DNA of 64,000 nucleotides from Actinomycetota bacterium (lineage in GTDB: Bacteria; Actinomycetota; Aquicultoria; Aquicultorales; Aquicultoraceae). The notes beneath the pieces are model-generated. The model saw only the letters and a program-made list of their open reading frames with translations, made no database searches and was not told where the DNA came from. Below, piece after piece: positions 38,905-48,072 of the stretch. A program made the position numbers and the translations under genes. How positions within the stretch are numbered: position 1 is the stretch's first letter; every line of letters begins with the position of its first letter. Location of the stretch: assembly GCA_014859275.1 (NCBI GenBank), contig JACUUO010000001.1, positions 13,865 through 77,864 on the forward strand, given 5' to 3'.

Positions 38905-40410
38905 CTAGCTCTTCTCCGGTCTCATATGTGGGAAACTGATTACCTCGCGGATTGAGTAGTTATCCGTTAAGAGCATTACAATGCGATCTATTCCAAGACC
39001 GAGACCACCAGTCGGAGGCATACCGTACTCTAAAGCCCTGACATAATCCTCATCAACCTGCCTTGGAACTTCCTCATCGCCGTATTCATGAAGCTTAACC
39101 TGCGCTTCAAACCTTCTAAGCTGATCCATTGGATCGGTTAGCTCAGAGAAGGCCGTTCCCATCTCTAATCCGATAATGATCAGCTCAAATCGCTCGGTAA
39201 TTTCTGGGTTGTCCGGCTTCTTCTTTGCAAGCGGACTGATTTCTGTAGGGTAATCCGTTATAAAAGTCGGTTGCCAGAGCTTGCCTTCAACCAATTTCTC
39301 AAAAAGCTCGTTTATAATCCGACCCTTACCAAAGTGGCTCTCGACCTCGGTATCGTATTTCTTGGCGATAGCTCTAAGTTCATTGATATCCTGATCAAAG
39401 GAGACCTTTATTCCCCCGTACTTTTCTAGCGATTCGATCATCGTCAAACGCGACCACTCACCTGAAAGATCAACGGGTTGATCCTGGTAAGTAAATTTTA
39501 ATGTACCGATGGCCTGTTCAGCAGCATACTTAACAAGCGCCTCGCAAAGATCCATCATCTCCCGATAATCAGCGTAGGCCTGGTACACCTCGAGCATCGT
39601 AAATTCCGGATTATGTCGTACTGAGAGACCTTCGTTTCGGAAACTTCTATTCAGCTCATAAACACGCTCCATGTCCCCTACGATGAGGCGCTTAAGATAT
39701 AGCTCTGGGGCAACCCTCAAGTAAAGGTCAATATCGAGCGCTTCGTGGTGTGTGATGAAAGGCCTTGCTACTGCTCCACCTGCGATGGCCTGAAGCATTG
39801 GAGTCTCAACCTCAACGAAACCGTTATTGTCGAGCCACTCGCGCAGAGATTTTATTATCTTCGTCCGGGCAAGCAGGGTCTGTCTTGCCTGTGGGTTGAT
39901 TATAAGGTCAGCATAGCGCTGGCGATATCTGGTCTCGATATCCTTCAGGCCGTGCCACTTCTCAGGGAGCGGCCTTAGGGATTTTGTAAGGAGGCTAAAT
40001 TCCATGACTTCAATAGAAAGTTCGCCGCGTCTGGTTTTGAAAACCTTGCCGCTTACTCCCACGATATCGCCAATATCGTATTCGAGAAAAGTTCTGTAGC
40101 GACCCTCTCCGAGCGTTCCAAGAGAGAGGAAAAGCTGTAGGTTGGCGGTCCGGTCTTTAATCACTACAAAACTGGCCTTTCCATGTCTCCGAATGGCCAT
40201 TATACGACCGGCAACCGTAACCCGTTCGCCCGTTTGCTCACCCGGCTCAATAGCACCGTATTTATGGATTACATCTGCCAGAAGATGTGTGCGGTCAAAT
40301 CTAGACTTAAACGGATTATCGCCAGAAGCTTTAATCTTCTCCAGCTTCTGGCGCCTCTGTCTCATTAATTCATTTATGTCTTCAGCCCGTATCGTTGGCC
40401 TTTTTTCCAT
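38905..40410 (-). CDS. lysS: lysine--tRNA ligase (class II)
   Basis: 501 aa. It has an OB anticodon-binding domain, class II motifs (FRNEG, the GLGIDR region) and MPPTGGLGLGIDR. Confidence 0.97.
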   Translation of the reverse strand: MEKRPTIRAEDINELMRQRRQKLEKIKASGDNPFKSRFDRTHLLADVIHKYGAIEPGEQTGERVTVAGRIMAIRRHGKASFVVIKDRTANLQLFLSLGTLGEGRYRTFLEYDIGDIVGVSGKVFKTRRGELSIEVMEFSLLTKSLRPLPEKWHGLKDIETRYRQRYADLIINPQARQTLLARTKIIKSLREWLDNNGFVEVETPMLQAIAGGAVARPFITHHEALDIDLYLRVAPELYLKRLIVGDMERVYELNRSFRNEGLSVRHNPEFTMLEVYQAYADYREMMDLCEALVKYAAEQAIGTLKFTYQDQPVDLSGEWSRLTMIESLEKYGGIKVSFDQDINELRAIAKKYDTEVESHFGKGRIINELFEKLVEGKLWQPTFITDYPTEISPLAKKKPDNPEITERFELIIIGLEMGTAFSELTDPMDQLRRFEAQVKLHEYGDEEVPRQVDEDYVRALEYGMPPTGGLGLGIDRIVMLLTDNYSIREVISFPHMRPEKS

Positions 40411-40901
40411 TATTTCTTCACATTGCTCTTCTTTATCTCTAATATTTTATATTCTAGAGAACCCTCGGGCACACGTACCTGTACGGTCTCGCCCGCCTTT
40501 TTCCCCATTATCGCCCGGCCAACCGGTGACTCGTTGGATATCCTATGGTTGGTTGGATCGGCCTCAAATGAGCCGACAATCTGATACTCTTCTTCGTCTC
40601 CCGATTCTACATCGAGTAAAACAACATACGAGCCGATGGCAACCCTGCTTGATTTATAGCCGTTATCCTCGATGACCCTTGCCATTGAAAGCATATCATT
40701 AATCTGTAGAATCCTGCCCTCAACAAAAGCCTGTTCGTTTTTTGCATCGTCATACTCAGAATTTTCGCTCAAATCACCGAATTCAATCGATTCTTTGATT
40801 CGCTGTGCAACCTCTCTGCGACGCTTGGTCTCTAAATAGTGCAATTCTTCAACCAGCTTATTGTAACCTTCCCTCGTAAGAATGACTTCTTTCTCCGACA
40901 A
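40410..40901 (-). CDS. greA: transcription elongation factor GreA
   Basis: 163 aa. LTREGYNKLVEELHYL and GDLSENSEYDDAK (acidic tip) are present. TTG start. The stop overlaps the lysS start. Confidence 0.95.
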   Translation of the reverse strand: MSEKEVILTREGYNKLVEELHYLETKRRREVAQRIKESIEFGDLSENSEYDDAKNEQAFVEGRILQINDMLSMARVIEDNGYKSSRVAIGSYVVLLDVESGDEEEYQIVGSFEADPTNHRISNESPVGRAIMGKKAGETVQVRVPEGSLEYKILEIKKSNVKK

Positions 40902-40970
40902 AACCTTTCGCTCCTTTACATTTAAGAAGCACTCTCCAACAGTGCTACCCTCACGCGAAACTAGCTACGT

Positions 40971-40999
40971 ATTATAGGAAATTGCCCTTAACTTGTCAA
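40971..40999 (-). promoter_or_regulatory. perfect consensus sigma-70 promoter for greA-lysS (TTGACA-17-TATAAT)
   Basis: On the minus strand, TTGACA (40999-40994), an exact 17 nt spacer, then TATAAT (40976-40971). It lies about 65 nt upstream of the greA TTG start. Confidence 0.8.
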
Positions 41000-41258
41000 A
41001 ATATTCCGCTCATTTTTCAGTAGGTGAATACCCGCTTAGTAAGCGATTTGCAGAAACGCCACAAAAGAACGTCTACATGAGTTCTTCGAATATTGCTGCG
41101 GTGATGTAATAACAGGCCAAGTATACGCTGTCTCTCTTAATCCTTTGAGATAATATCGGCAGAACATCTGAGGAGGATTAGTGATAATTAATATCGCGGT
41201 TTAACTGTGCTGCAGTCCGTAACATTGCTAAGAACAGCCTTCGATTATCAGTCCCTAG

Positions 41259-42335
41259 CTACCTAGTTACTCCTGAAAAAAGGGCATTTTCTCGTACCTT
41301 ATTTATATAAGCATCGGTTAGTTTTTTTTCAAAACTCCTCAACCCAGCCAGTTTAAACCCGTGTTTTTTCGCAAATCCCATCATCTCGTTTACCTTTCCG
41401 ATGCTTATGTCCTTGCCTATAGTGTAATTTTCATAGCGTCCCTCAAGCGCAAGCATTATTGTCTCGGCCATACATGCGAGCGCCATCCGTTTTGGTAGGC
41501 CAAAATCTAGGTGAAAATCCACCGGTCCAGGAACCTGTACGATGCCGCCATCGATAACTAAAACATCGTCTCTATACCTGATCACCAGCTCTGACACATC
41601 CCTCGGCCTTGCAACGTCACAGACGACGGCACCTGGCTTGATATCTCCGGGCTTAATAACAGAATCAACCGCACCGGTCACCGTAATGATTAAATCAGCC
41701 GTCCGGATAGCTGAAAGGGATGTAGAGATTGTAGTTCGCTTAGTTCTTTTGCTAAGCCCCTCTTCCAATCCTGAAAGCCGAGTAGTATCCCTTCCAATCA
41801 GTATCAGCTCGTTTACCTGATCAGCAAGGACATCGGCGCACGCGCTCCCAATCGATCCCGTGGCTCCAACAATCGCAAGAGTCGATGAGGCAAGATCTAT
41901 TCCCATCTTCCTAGCAGCTTCCTTTATGCCTTCAATCGCAGTGGCTATCGTGTAGGTATTGCCGGTGGTTACCGGGACCTTTGTAAGTTTGGCCACCTCC
42001 CTGCCGCCATCTCCAGGAATTGCGGTAAATGCACCAAGGCCGACGATTTTCGCCCCTTCTTTCCTTCCCACCTCACACGCTTTCGCAATTTTCTCGACAA
42101 CATAACTCTCTTCCAAATCAAAGAATTGATTTGGTAAAAGCGGCACTGCGATAAACCAACCGATCGCTTCTTTTCCAGTTATGGATCTAATCCCGGTGAT
42201 CTCTGACATCACAAACGGCCTGCGGCGTTTGATGACGCTCGCAATAACCTTCGGAGAGATTTTTTTTGCGATCTTATACTTCTTAGCTATATCGTCCATG
42301 TCCATTGGGTGGATTAAAAAACCGAAAGTCTCCAT
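41259..42335 (-). CDS. NAD(P)-binding oxidoreductase of the family usually annotated shikimate/quinate 5-dehydrogenase-like; resembles cyanobacterial acyl-ACP reductase (AAR)
   Basis: 358 aa. The N-terminal FGFLIHP, TTGNTYT, the Rossmann motif IVGATGSIGSA, ACMAETIMLALEG and the C-terminal KVNEMMGFAKKHGFK parallel, from memory, FGLIGH, TTGNTHT, VVGATGDIGSA, CFAEAMLLEFEG and EASVRHGFQP of the Synechococcus aldehyde-forming acyl-ACP reductase. Confidence 0.65.
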   Translation of the reverse strand: METFGFLIHPMDMDDIAKKYKIAKKISPKVIASVIKRRRPFVMSEITGIRSITGKEAIGWFIAVPLLPNQFFDLEESYVVEKIAKACEVGRKEGAKIVGLGAFTAIPGDGGREVAKLTKVPVTTGNTYTIATAIEGIKEAARKMGIDLASSTLAIVGATGSIGSACADVLADQVNELILIGRDTTRLSGLEEGLSKRTKRTTISTSLSAIRTADLIITVTGAVDSVIKPGDIKPGAVVCDVARPRDVSELVIRYRDDVLVIDGGIVQVPGPVDFHLDFGLPKRMALACMAETIMLALEGRYENYTIGKDISIGKVNEMMGFAKKHGFKLAGLRSFEKKLTDAYINKVRENALFSGVTR

Positions 42336-42435
42336 AATATCTCCTATTTTACTATCCTAAAGCAGTCAATTACCATTCATCCACTTGCGGTTGCCCGCAT
42401 TCTGAACTTCGGATTCCAGCTCCTAGTACTAGATT

Positions 42436-43353
42436 CTATCCACAACCACAATTTAATCTTTCAATCCTTGGTTTATAATCAAGCCTTTTCAAGAGATCGA
42501 GATAATCTTGTGGTTCTACCTCTTCCCAATTTTTACCCAAGAGCGCCAATAAAACAGCCTCGAGAACATTTGCGCCAAATGATCGACCATCAAAAACCGG
42601 AGTCGTAGTTATTAATATTTCCACACCACGCTCCTTTAAATCGGTGACATCCTGCTCGGTCATCGTATTTGTAAGTATCCATTTGCTTTTCATATCCCTA
42701 GGCATGTATTTACGGATAAACAGGTAATCCCCGGCGATGATATCGGATTCTCGATAAAAGCGGGTATACTTAACATCCGGTTCTTTTTCCTGCTTGCTTC
42801 CGGTCGGATAAAGCATTTTAAATGGCATTTTGGTTACAATCGGCAAAATCATCTTAGCAAGTACCGTAAAGGAGCGCATCGTGCGGACCGGGATCGGCAG
42901 GTTTAACCCGAATATGAGATCTCCAAAAATCATATCGCAGCCGATCTCATGTAGTGCTTCTGCCATACCGAACCTGTCGACTGCACTTACCATTAATACC
43001 GATTTACCCGCTATCGGAAGATCAGATTCTTCTACAAGATACTTGATAGTTTCACGCTCTAGAGTGTTTTTAAGCCCGCTACCGTCTACAACAGGCGTTT
43101 TCCCAACCGCATTCTTGAGCCTTTGGGCATCCCTGACGACGTAACGCTTCCCATCTGCATAGAAATAAAGGTCGATCCCGCCGAGGCCGATCGCATCGAC
43201 CTTGCCATCAAGCTCCTTAAGCATCTCCACGGCCCGGTTGATATCTCCATCAGTGCCAATACGCTCTATTGAAAACTCCTCCCCCAGGAGCTTAACCTTT
43301 ACCTGATGGTTTCTTTTTGAAGAACCTAAACTTACGCTTACCACTTTCTTCAA
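42436..43353 (-). CDS. conserved protein of the family commonly auto-annotated as quinate 5-dehydrogenase (function unproven)
   Basis: 305 aa. The N-terminus MKKVVSVSLGSSKRNHQVKVKLLGEEFSIERIGTDGD, GLGGIDLY and VVDGSGLKNTLER match my recollection of a family paired with the preceding oxidoreductase in Clostridia and Thermotogae. Confidence 0.55.
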   Translation of the reverse strand: MKKVVSVSLGSSKRNHQVKVKLLGEEFSIERIGTDGDINRAVEMLKELDGKVDAIGLGGIDLYFYADGKRYVVRDAQRLKNAVGKTPVVDGSGLKNTLERETIKYLVEESDLPIAGKSVLMVSAVDRFGMAEALHEIGCDMIFGDLIFGLNLPIPVRTMRSFTVLAKMILPIVTKMPFKMLYPTGSKQEKEPDVKYTRFYRESDIIAGDYLFIRKYMPRDMKSKWILTNTMTEQDVTDLKERGVEILITTTPVFDGRSFGANVLEAVLLALLGKNWEEVEPQDYLDLLKRLDYKPRIERLNCGCG

Positions 43354-43891
43354 TGCTCAGTTCTTTCCCTTCAGTTACGCTCTCCAACACATCGTATAAA
43401 ATGCCAGGTTTCACTTTGCGATCTCTCTTAATTGGCGAATTACCCAGCGGTATTCCTATTACCTCTTTATCGAGTATTTTTTCAAGAGTGGCTATTCTCT
43501 TATCTGAGGCTAAAAATACAACGGCATCATAATCCTTGAGGCTTGCCAATAATTCAAGCAGCTCGTTGAACATTTCAGCCCCGCTCCTTCTGCGCACATG
43601 CTCTTTCCGCTCCTTTTCACTTAGCAGGTAGATGAAATCAACGGCAAATGTTTGCGCGATACTTTCGAGCTCTTCTTTGTTCGCTATCGGGAAACCGATG
43701 ACTGCGATGCGGTTGCCCCTCCTTACCTCGCCAAGACCTTCAAGATGTGAGACGAACGCCCTTTCAAGACCCATCGCCACAGCCACTTCCTGCTGGGTGG
43801 CCCCAATTGTGCGGCGGTGCAGAATCTCGCTTATTATGTTCACAAGCCGATCGCGATCGATTATTTTATCGCCTATCCTGAGTAGCCTCAT
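43292..43891 (-). CDS. putative HTH transcriptional regulator with a C-terminal domain of unknown function
   Basis: The likely start is MRLLRIGDK at 43891 (GGAGAAG SD). The track start at 43951 lies inside the upstream terminator. The HTH-like segment is IGATQQEVAVAMGLERAFVSHLE. The basic C-terminal tail overlaps the next gene by 62 nt. Confidence 0.55.
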   Translation of the reverse strand: MRLLRIGDKIIDRDRLVNIISEILHRRTIGATQQEVAVAMGLERAFVSHLEGLGEVRRGNRIAVIGFPIANKEELESIAQTFAVDFIYLLSEKERKEHVRRRSGAEMFNELLELLASLKDYDAVVFLASDKRIATLEKILDKEVIGIPLGNSPIKRDRKVKPGILYDVLESVTEGKELSIEESGKRKFRFFKKKPSGKG

Positions 43892-43900
43892 ACTTCTCCT

Positions 43901-43920
43901 TGTGCACAAATTTGTGTACA
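43901..43920. promoter_or_regulatory. 20 nt near-perfect palindrome (operator candidate) between the -10 and the SD of the regulator gene
   Basis: TGTGCACAAA|TTTGTGTACA pairs at 9 of 10 positions. It overlaps the -10/TSS region of the promoter at 43920-43948. Confidence 0.5.
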
Positions 43921-43948
43921 TTTTAAACCAAGCGGAGAAAGAGTTCAA
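43920..43948 (-). promoter_or_regulatory. sigma-70-like promoter (TTGAAC-17-TAAAAT) for the regulator and two-enzyme operon
   Basis: On the minus strand, TTGAAC (43948-43943), a 17 nt spacer, then TAAAAT (43925-43920). Confidence 0.6.
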
Positions 43949-43949
43949 C

Positions 43950-44009
43950 AAAAAAGACCTTACCCTTCAGTTGCGTCACTCTGACATCACTCTAAAGTGT
44001 AAGGTCTTT
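43950..44009 (-). terminator. intrinsic terminator after htrA paralog 2
   Basis: On the minus strand, AAAGACCTTAC ... GTAAGGTCTTT forms an 11 bp stem with a long structured loop, followed by TTTTTT. Confidence 0.6.
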
Positions 44010-44051
44010 GGTATCGTTATTAATATATCGCGTCCCCCAACGCCTTGTGTC

Positions 44052-45284
44052 CTACGGACTTTGGGGAACCTTTGGAACCTTTGGGATTGGCGGGTTTTGT
44101 AGCTCTTCCGGGCGCTCGGCAAGCTTAAGTGTAACTACCTTCTTCTGATCCCCACGATATATTTCAAGCTCCACCCTATCGCCAACCCTGTGCTTGTCGA
44201 TAAATTCTTGAATATCATTCATGGATGCTACATTCACATCGCCAATTCTTGCTATAATATCGCCACCGATTATAAGCCTTTCCCCGGTATCATTATTGAT
44301 AAGGCTCTGGTTGCCTCCTTTAAGCCCGGCCTCCTCGGCAGGGCTTCCAGGGCTAACTCGCTCTATTATAACTCCTTTGCTAATGGGTAGCTTTATAAGG
44401 CTGGCCAGCCCTTCGCTTATTCCCCTTCCGGCAATCCCTATCCACGGATGACTGGCCTTTCCCCGCCCTCTTATCTGTGACACGATATCTTTTACAGTGT
44501 TGCTGGGAATGGCGAAGGCGATGCCAGCAAAATCAACCGAGCCCGGTGTGCTCGCTATCGCCGAATTTACGCCGATGACCTTTCCGGAAGAGCTGATCAA
44601 TGGGCCGCCACTGTTGCCAAGATTTACCGCCGCATCGGTCTGGATAACGTTTCTGATTTTAAATACCCTATTCGGTGAATAGATAGTCCGGTTGAGGGCA
44701 CTTACGATCCCCTGCGTCATAGTACCATCAAGCCCGAAGGGCGAGCCTATCGTATACACGGTATCACCGACGTTAAGCTTTGAGCTATCCCCTAACTCAA
44801 GGACCGTCAGCTTCCTTTTCCCCGGGTCGATCCTCAGCAGCGCAAGATCGGTATTTATATCGGTCCCCAATAGCCTTGCTTCAACCCCTGTTTTATCATC
44901 TAAAAATACCTTAACCGTAGTTGCATTAATGTTCGAACCCTGAACAACGTGGGCATTGGTAACTATAAGACCTGATTTATCGATGATAAATCCGGATCCG
45001 TCAACCTCCTGCGTCCCCCTGTACATCGGGAAACCAAAGAAATCCGTGACGGTTTCGGTAAAAGTCGACCGTATATGGACAACGCCTGGCCCAAAGCGCT
45101 TATATATCTCACCTGCAGGTAGACCTTGTCTAGGCTTACTGTTGTCTGCACTTCGATCGACCGCTTTGGTACTATCCTTTCGATAATCAGGCGGTATAAC
45201 CGCGCCTATCATCGATAAAACCAGTAAGCCCCCTAATACCGCCGAAATAAAGCTGGTTAGAGCCGTTCTCCACATAAACACCAT
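44052..45284 (-). CDS. HtrA/DegP-family serine protease with PDZ domain (paralog 2)
   Basis: 410 aa. It has an N-terminal TM helix, TNAHV, DLALLR, GNSGGPL and a C-terminal PDZ domain. Confidence 0.9.
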   Translation of the reverse strand: MVFMWRTALTSFISAVLGGLLVLSMIGAVIPPDYRKDSTKAVDRSADNSKPRQGLPAGEIYKRFGPGVVHIRSTFTETVTDFFGFPMYRGTQEVDGSGFIIDKSGLIVTNAHVVQGSNINATTVKVFLDDKTGVEARLLGTDINTDLALLRIDPGKRKLTVLELGDSSKLNVGDTVYTIGSPFGLDGTMTQGIVSALNRTIYSPNRVFKIRNVIQTDAAVNLGNSGGPLISSSGKVIGVNSAIASTPGSVDFAGIAFAIPSNTVKDIVSQIRGRGKASHPWIGIAGRGISEGLASLIKLPISKGVIIERVSPGSPAEEAGLKGGNQSLINNDTGERLIIGGDIIARIGDVNVASMNDIQEFIDKHRVGDRVELEIYRGDQKKVVTLKLAERPEELQNPPIPKVPKVPQSP

Positions 45285-45360
45285 TCCTTTCTAGCTGGCT
45301 AAAGTTTTAGTAGTTCATCTAAACTATGACATAAGCCTTTAATGTATCCGTGACGCTGTA

Positions 45361-46137
45361 CTAGCTCGATATCGCTTTATTCCTCTCGTGAATCTTCTGC
45401 AGGCCGACGAGTGTGAGCGAAATATTCACTGCCGTTATTCGTTTACACTCCGGCCTCATAAGGGCAGCGAGACCACCTGTTGCAACTACTTGGTCTACCG
45501 AACCCATCTCTTCCTCAAAACGTTCGACAATTCGATCTACAAGGCCTCCTGTACCAATCATTAAGCCGGATTGGACGCTTCTCCTGGTATTCGTTCCGAT
45601 AGCGCTCGGTGGGCAGATGAGATCGACCTTAGAGAGCTTTGCGGCCCGCCCAAATAGAGCCTCAGAAGATATCTCAACCCCGGGGGCTATAGCGCCACCC
45701 AAGTACTCACCAAGCCGGCTTATTGCATCAAAGGTCGTAGCAGTACCAAAATCAACGATAATAAGCGGCCCGCCATAGATATCAAAACCGGCTACCGCAT
45801 TTGCAATTCTATCAGCCCCAACCTCTTGAGGATTGTCGTAAAGAATGGGGACACCAGTATCGGTATCTGGTCCAACCACCAATGGCTGGATGTTCAAAAT
45901 ACTGGTGGACATCTCCTGGAGCGATGCCGTGTTTGACGGAACAACCGATGCTATTGCAACCGCTTCAATATCGTTAAAGGTAAACCCCGCTAAGCTAAAT
46001 AGATGTGAGATCATAACAGCCAGCTCATCGGCAGTTGCTTCTTGCCTAGTTGAGGCTCGCCAGCTTGCCCTCAACTCCCTGCCTTTAAAAATGCCTATGA
46101 CCGTTTGAGTATTTCCAACATCTATGACTAGCAGCAT
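45361..46137 (-). CDS. coaX: type III pantothenate kinase
   Basis: MLLVIDVGNTQTVIG, VDFGTATTFD and ATGG are present. The ATG at 46137 is preferred over the track TTG at 46149. Confidence 0.93.
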   Translation of the reverse strand: MLLVIDVGNTQTVIGIFKGRELRASWRASTRQEATADELAVMISHLFSLAGFTFNDIEAVAIASVVPSNTASLQEMSTSILNIQPLVVGPDTDTGVPILYDNPQEVGADRIANAVAGFDIYGGPLIIVDFGTATTFDAISRLGEYLGGAIAPGVEISSEALFGRAAKLSKVDLICPPSAIGTNTRRSVQSGLMIGTGGLVDRIVERFEEEMGSVDQVVATGGLAALMRPECKRITAVNISLTLVGLQKIHERNKAISS

Positions 46138-46228
46138 TTGATGCAGCAATTAAACAAAACCCCCTTTATGGACCGAAATTAGTACAGCCTAGATAAATAT
46201 TATACTATAACAGACAGACAACGTATGG

Positions 46229-46625
46229 TTTATAGTAAAGCAAGACTTTGCTCCCTGCAAATCATTCTAAGCTGCATATTTTGAATCGCCGATGCGGTCG
46301 CAACAAGGTCGATTTTATGAGCGTACTTATTTGCCTTCTTTGGTATCGTAACCAGAATGATGGCCGGCGCTCCTCCGAGATTTCTTGCGAATTCGGTTAC
46401 TAGTTCTTCGCTTATACAATAAGCTTCTTTTGGGTATAGCGCAAGAATATCAGCTAAATAGGCAGGAAATTTACGGACGATTTTTACAAGATCATCGCGC
46501 GCCTGGCCAGTTACAACCGTGAAATGCTACGGCTGGCTGTTAATAGGCGACGGTGAAGCGATGCCTGCATTGATAACTAAGACTATCCTTCTCCGGTATC
46601 TCACCGATGGGCTTTAGTGCTGTTG
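46229..46625 (-). pseudogene. decayed nitroreductase-family gene (in-frame TAG replacing a conserved Trp, frameshift, no start)
   Basis: My minus-strand translation gives ...IGEIPEKDSL, then a frameshift, then VINAGIASPSPINSQP*HFTVVTGQARDDLVKIV...NLGGAPAIILVT...DLVATASAIQNMQLRM.... The APS-x2-N-x-QPW-x-F-x-VV and QNM-x-L motifs are typical of nitroreductases. The TAG is at 46527-46529, where Trp is expected. The ORF track has no ORF of 60 aa or more here. Confidence 0.6.
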
Positions 46626-46632
46626 AACTACT

Positions 46633-47031
46633 TTAAGCTATGATGCGATGGCAGTGGGAGGCAAACCAGTTGCACTGCGCACAGATGTCGTGAAACAATT
46701 GCCGCCGTATCCCACCTTCTACCTCCCGCTGTAAATAAAGGGATGTGTAAGTGCCGCCCGGCCTTATGCCAAGAGCGGCAAGCACGGCCTTATCCATACT
46801 TAAGGCCCTATTCTCATCTTTAAGACACGAACTCCCATCGCTATGCGGGCAAAATGCACATATATCATCCAGGCCCCTAACAATTCTGATAGGCCGAGAT
46901 GGCGACTTGCAGGCGTCTACAATCCGATACATATTGTCGATAAATGAGATGTCATACCCTGCGCCCGAGAAGGTGCGGACGCAGAGAAGATGATGTCCCC
47001 TTAAGTTAATTAATTCACCTTCTAATTGCAA
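46633..47031 (-). CDS. DUF1284 domain protein (putative Fe-S/Cys-rich)
   Basis: 132 aa. LRGHHLLC, F-x-G-x-GY, CAFCPH and CAQCNW fit the DUF1284 pattern. Confidence 0.75.
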   Translation of the reverse strand: MQLEGELINLRGHHLLCVRTFSGAGYDISFIDNMYRIVDACKSPSRPIRIVRGLDDICAFCPHSDGSSCLKDENRALSMDKAVLAALGIRPGGTYTSLYLQREVEGGIRRQLFHDICAQCNWFASHCHRIIA

Positions 47032-47102
47032 GATGAGTCCTCCTTATAAAGCCATAAATTACCTAAAACGTAAATAGCGGTATCCTATACATAAGCCTTA
47101 CC

Positions 47103-48071
47103 TCAAGTCAAGCGCTTCTTAACGGTAACATCCCCCGCCGAGAAGGTCTTTACGTCTCCTCGAGGGAGTTTTATCTGTATTGCGCCCAATTCGTCAACGC
47201 CTACGAACTCACCCTCGATCACACCTTGTAGTGTGATTAAGGAAATGTTCTCGTGCAATGTATTGCATCTGCTCAGCCAATCGGCGATGACGCTGTCCCA
47301 TTCCCCTGCAATAAGCCGTCGATACTCATTCTCAAGTTTGAGCAAAAGATCAGCAACTAGCTGGCGCCTATCTATTTCTTTGCCCAGAAAGCTGGCTAAC
47401 GTGATCGCACGCTCCCTACTTTCCTGCGGGATTTTGTTCATATCAACGTTCGCGTTAACGCCGAAACCCATAATCAAGCAATCGACGCGATCCGGTTGCG
47501 CGCTAAGTTCGAGTAAAATCCCACAGACCTTCTTACCACCGATTAAGATATCATTAGGCCACTTTATCTCAGGTTTAATTCCAAGCGTTTCGATTGCCTT
47601 AGCGGCCGCAACACCCGCAAGCAGGGTGAACCTAGATGCCTCTGAGGGCGGAACCTGAGGTCTTAAAATTACCGAAAGCCAGATGCCTCCAGGCGGAGAT
47701 ACCCAGCTCCGGTTAAGGCGGCCCTTCCCATGGCTCTGCTCCTCTGCCACAACTACAGTGCCCTCTTCCGCCCCCCCATTGGCCAATTCCTTGGCTAGAT
47801 CATTAGTTGAACCGGTAATATTTCTATGAATAATCCTCCGGCCAATAAACTCGGTCTTCAATACGGTTGCTATTTCCTCGGGAAGGAGCAGATCGGGGGA
47901 TGATATAAGCCTATATCCTCGCCTTGGCACCGCCTCTATACTATATCCTTTATCCCTTAAATTTTTGACCTGCTTCCATATTGCAGCCCGGGATACGGAA
48001 GATTTCCTGGCTAAATCTTCCCCAGAGATGTAGCCATCCTTGCATTCTTTAAGCGCTTTTATGATCGCCAT
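47103..48071 (-). CDS. birA: bifunctional biotin--[acetyl-CoA-carboxylase] ligase / biotin operon repressor
   Basis: It has an N-terminal HTH (ISGEDLARKSSVSRAAIWKQVKNLRDKGY), GRGRLNRSW-like GKGRLNRSW, and KWPNDI. The start at MAIIKALKE (48071) abuts the DedA stop. Confidence 0.9.
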   Translation of the reverse strand: MAIIKALKECKDGYISGEDLARKSSVSRAAIWKQVKNLRDKGYSIEAVPRRGYRLISSPDLLLPEEIATVLKTEFIGRRIIHRNITGSTNDLAKELANGGAEEGTVVVAEEQSHGKGRLNRSWVSPPGGIWLSVILRPQVPPSEASRFTLLAGVAAAKAIETLGIKPEIKWPNDILIGGKKVCGILLELSAQPDRVDCLIMGFGVNANVDMNKIPQESRERAITLASFLGKEIDRRQLVADLLLKLENEYRRLIAGEWDSVIADWLSRCNTLHENISLITLQGVIEGEFVGVDELGAIQIKLPRGDVKTFSAGDVTVKKRLT

Positions 48072-48072
48072 C

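Noticed and set aside
46527-46529. TAG as a recoded (pyrrolysine or read-through) codon in the nitroreductase frame
   Set aside because: The same gene also lacks a start codon, needs a frameshift and is C-terminally truncated. The TAG replaces an invariant Trp, a single TGG to TAG transition. A pseudogene is the simpler explanation.
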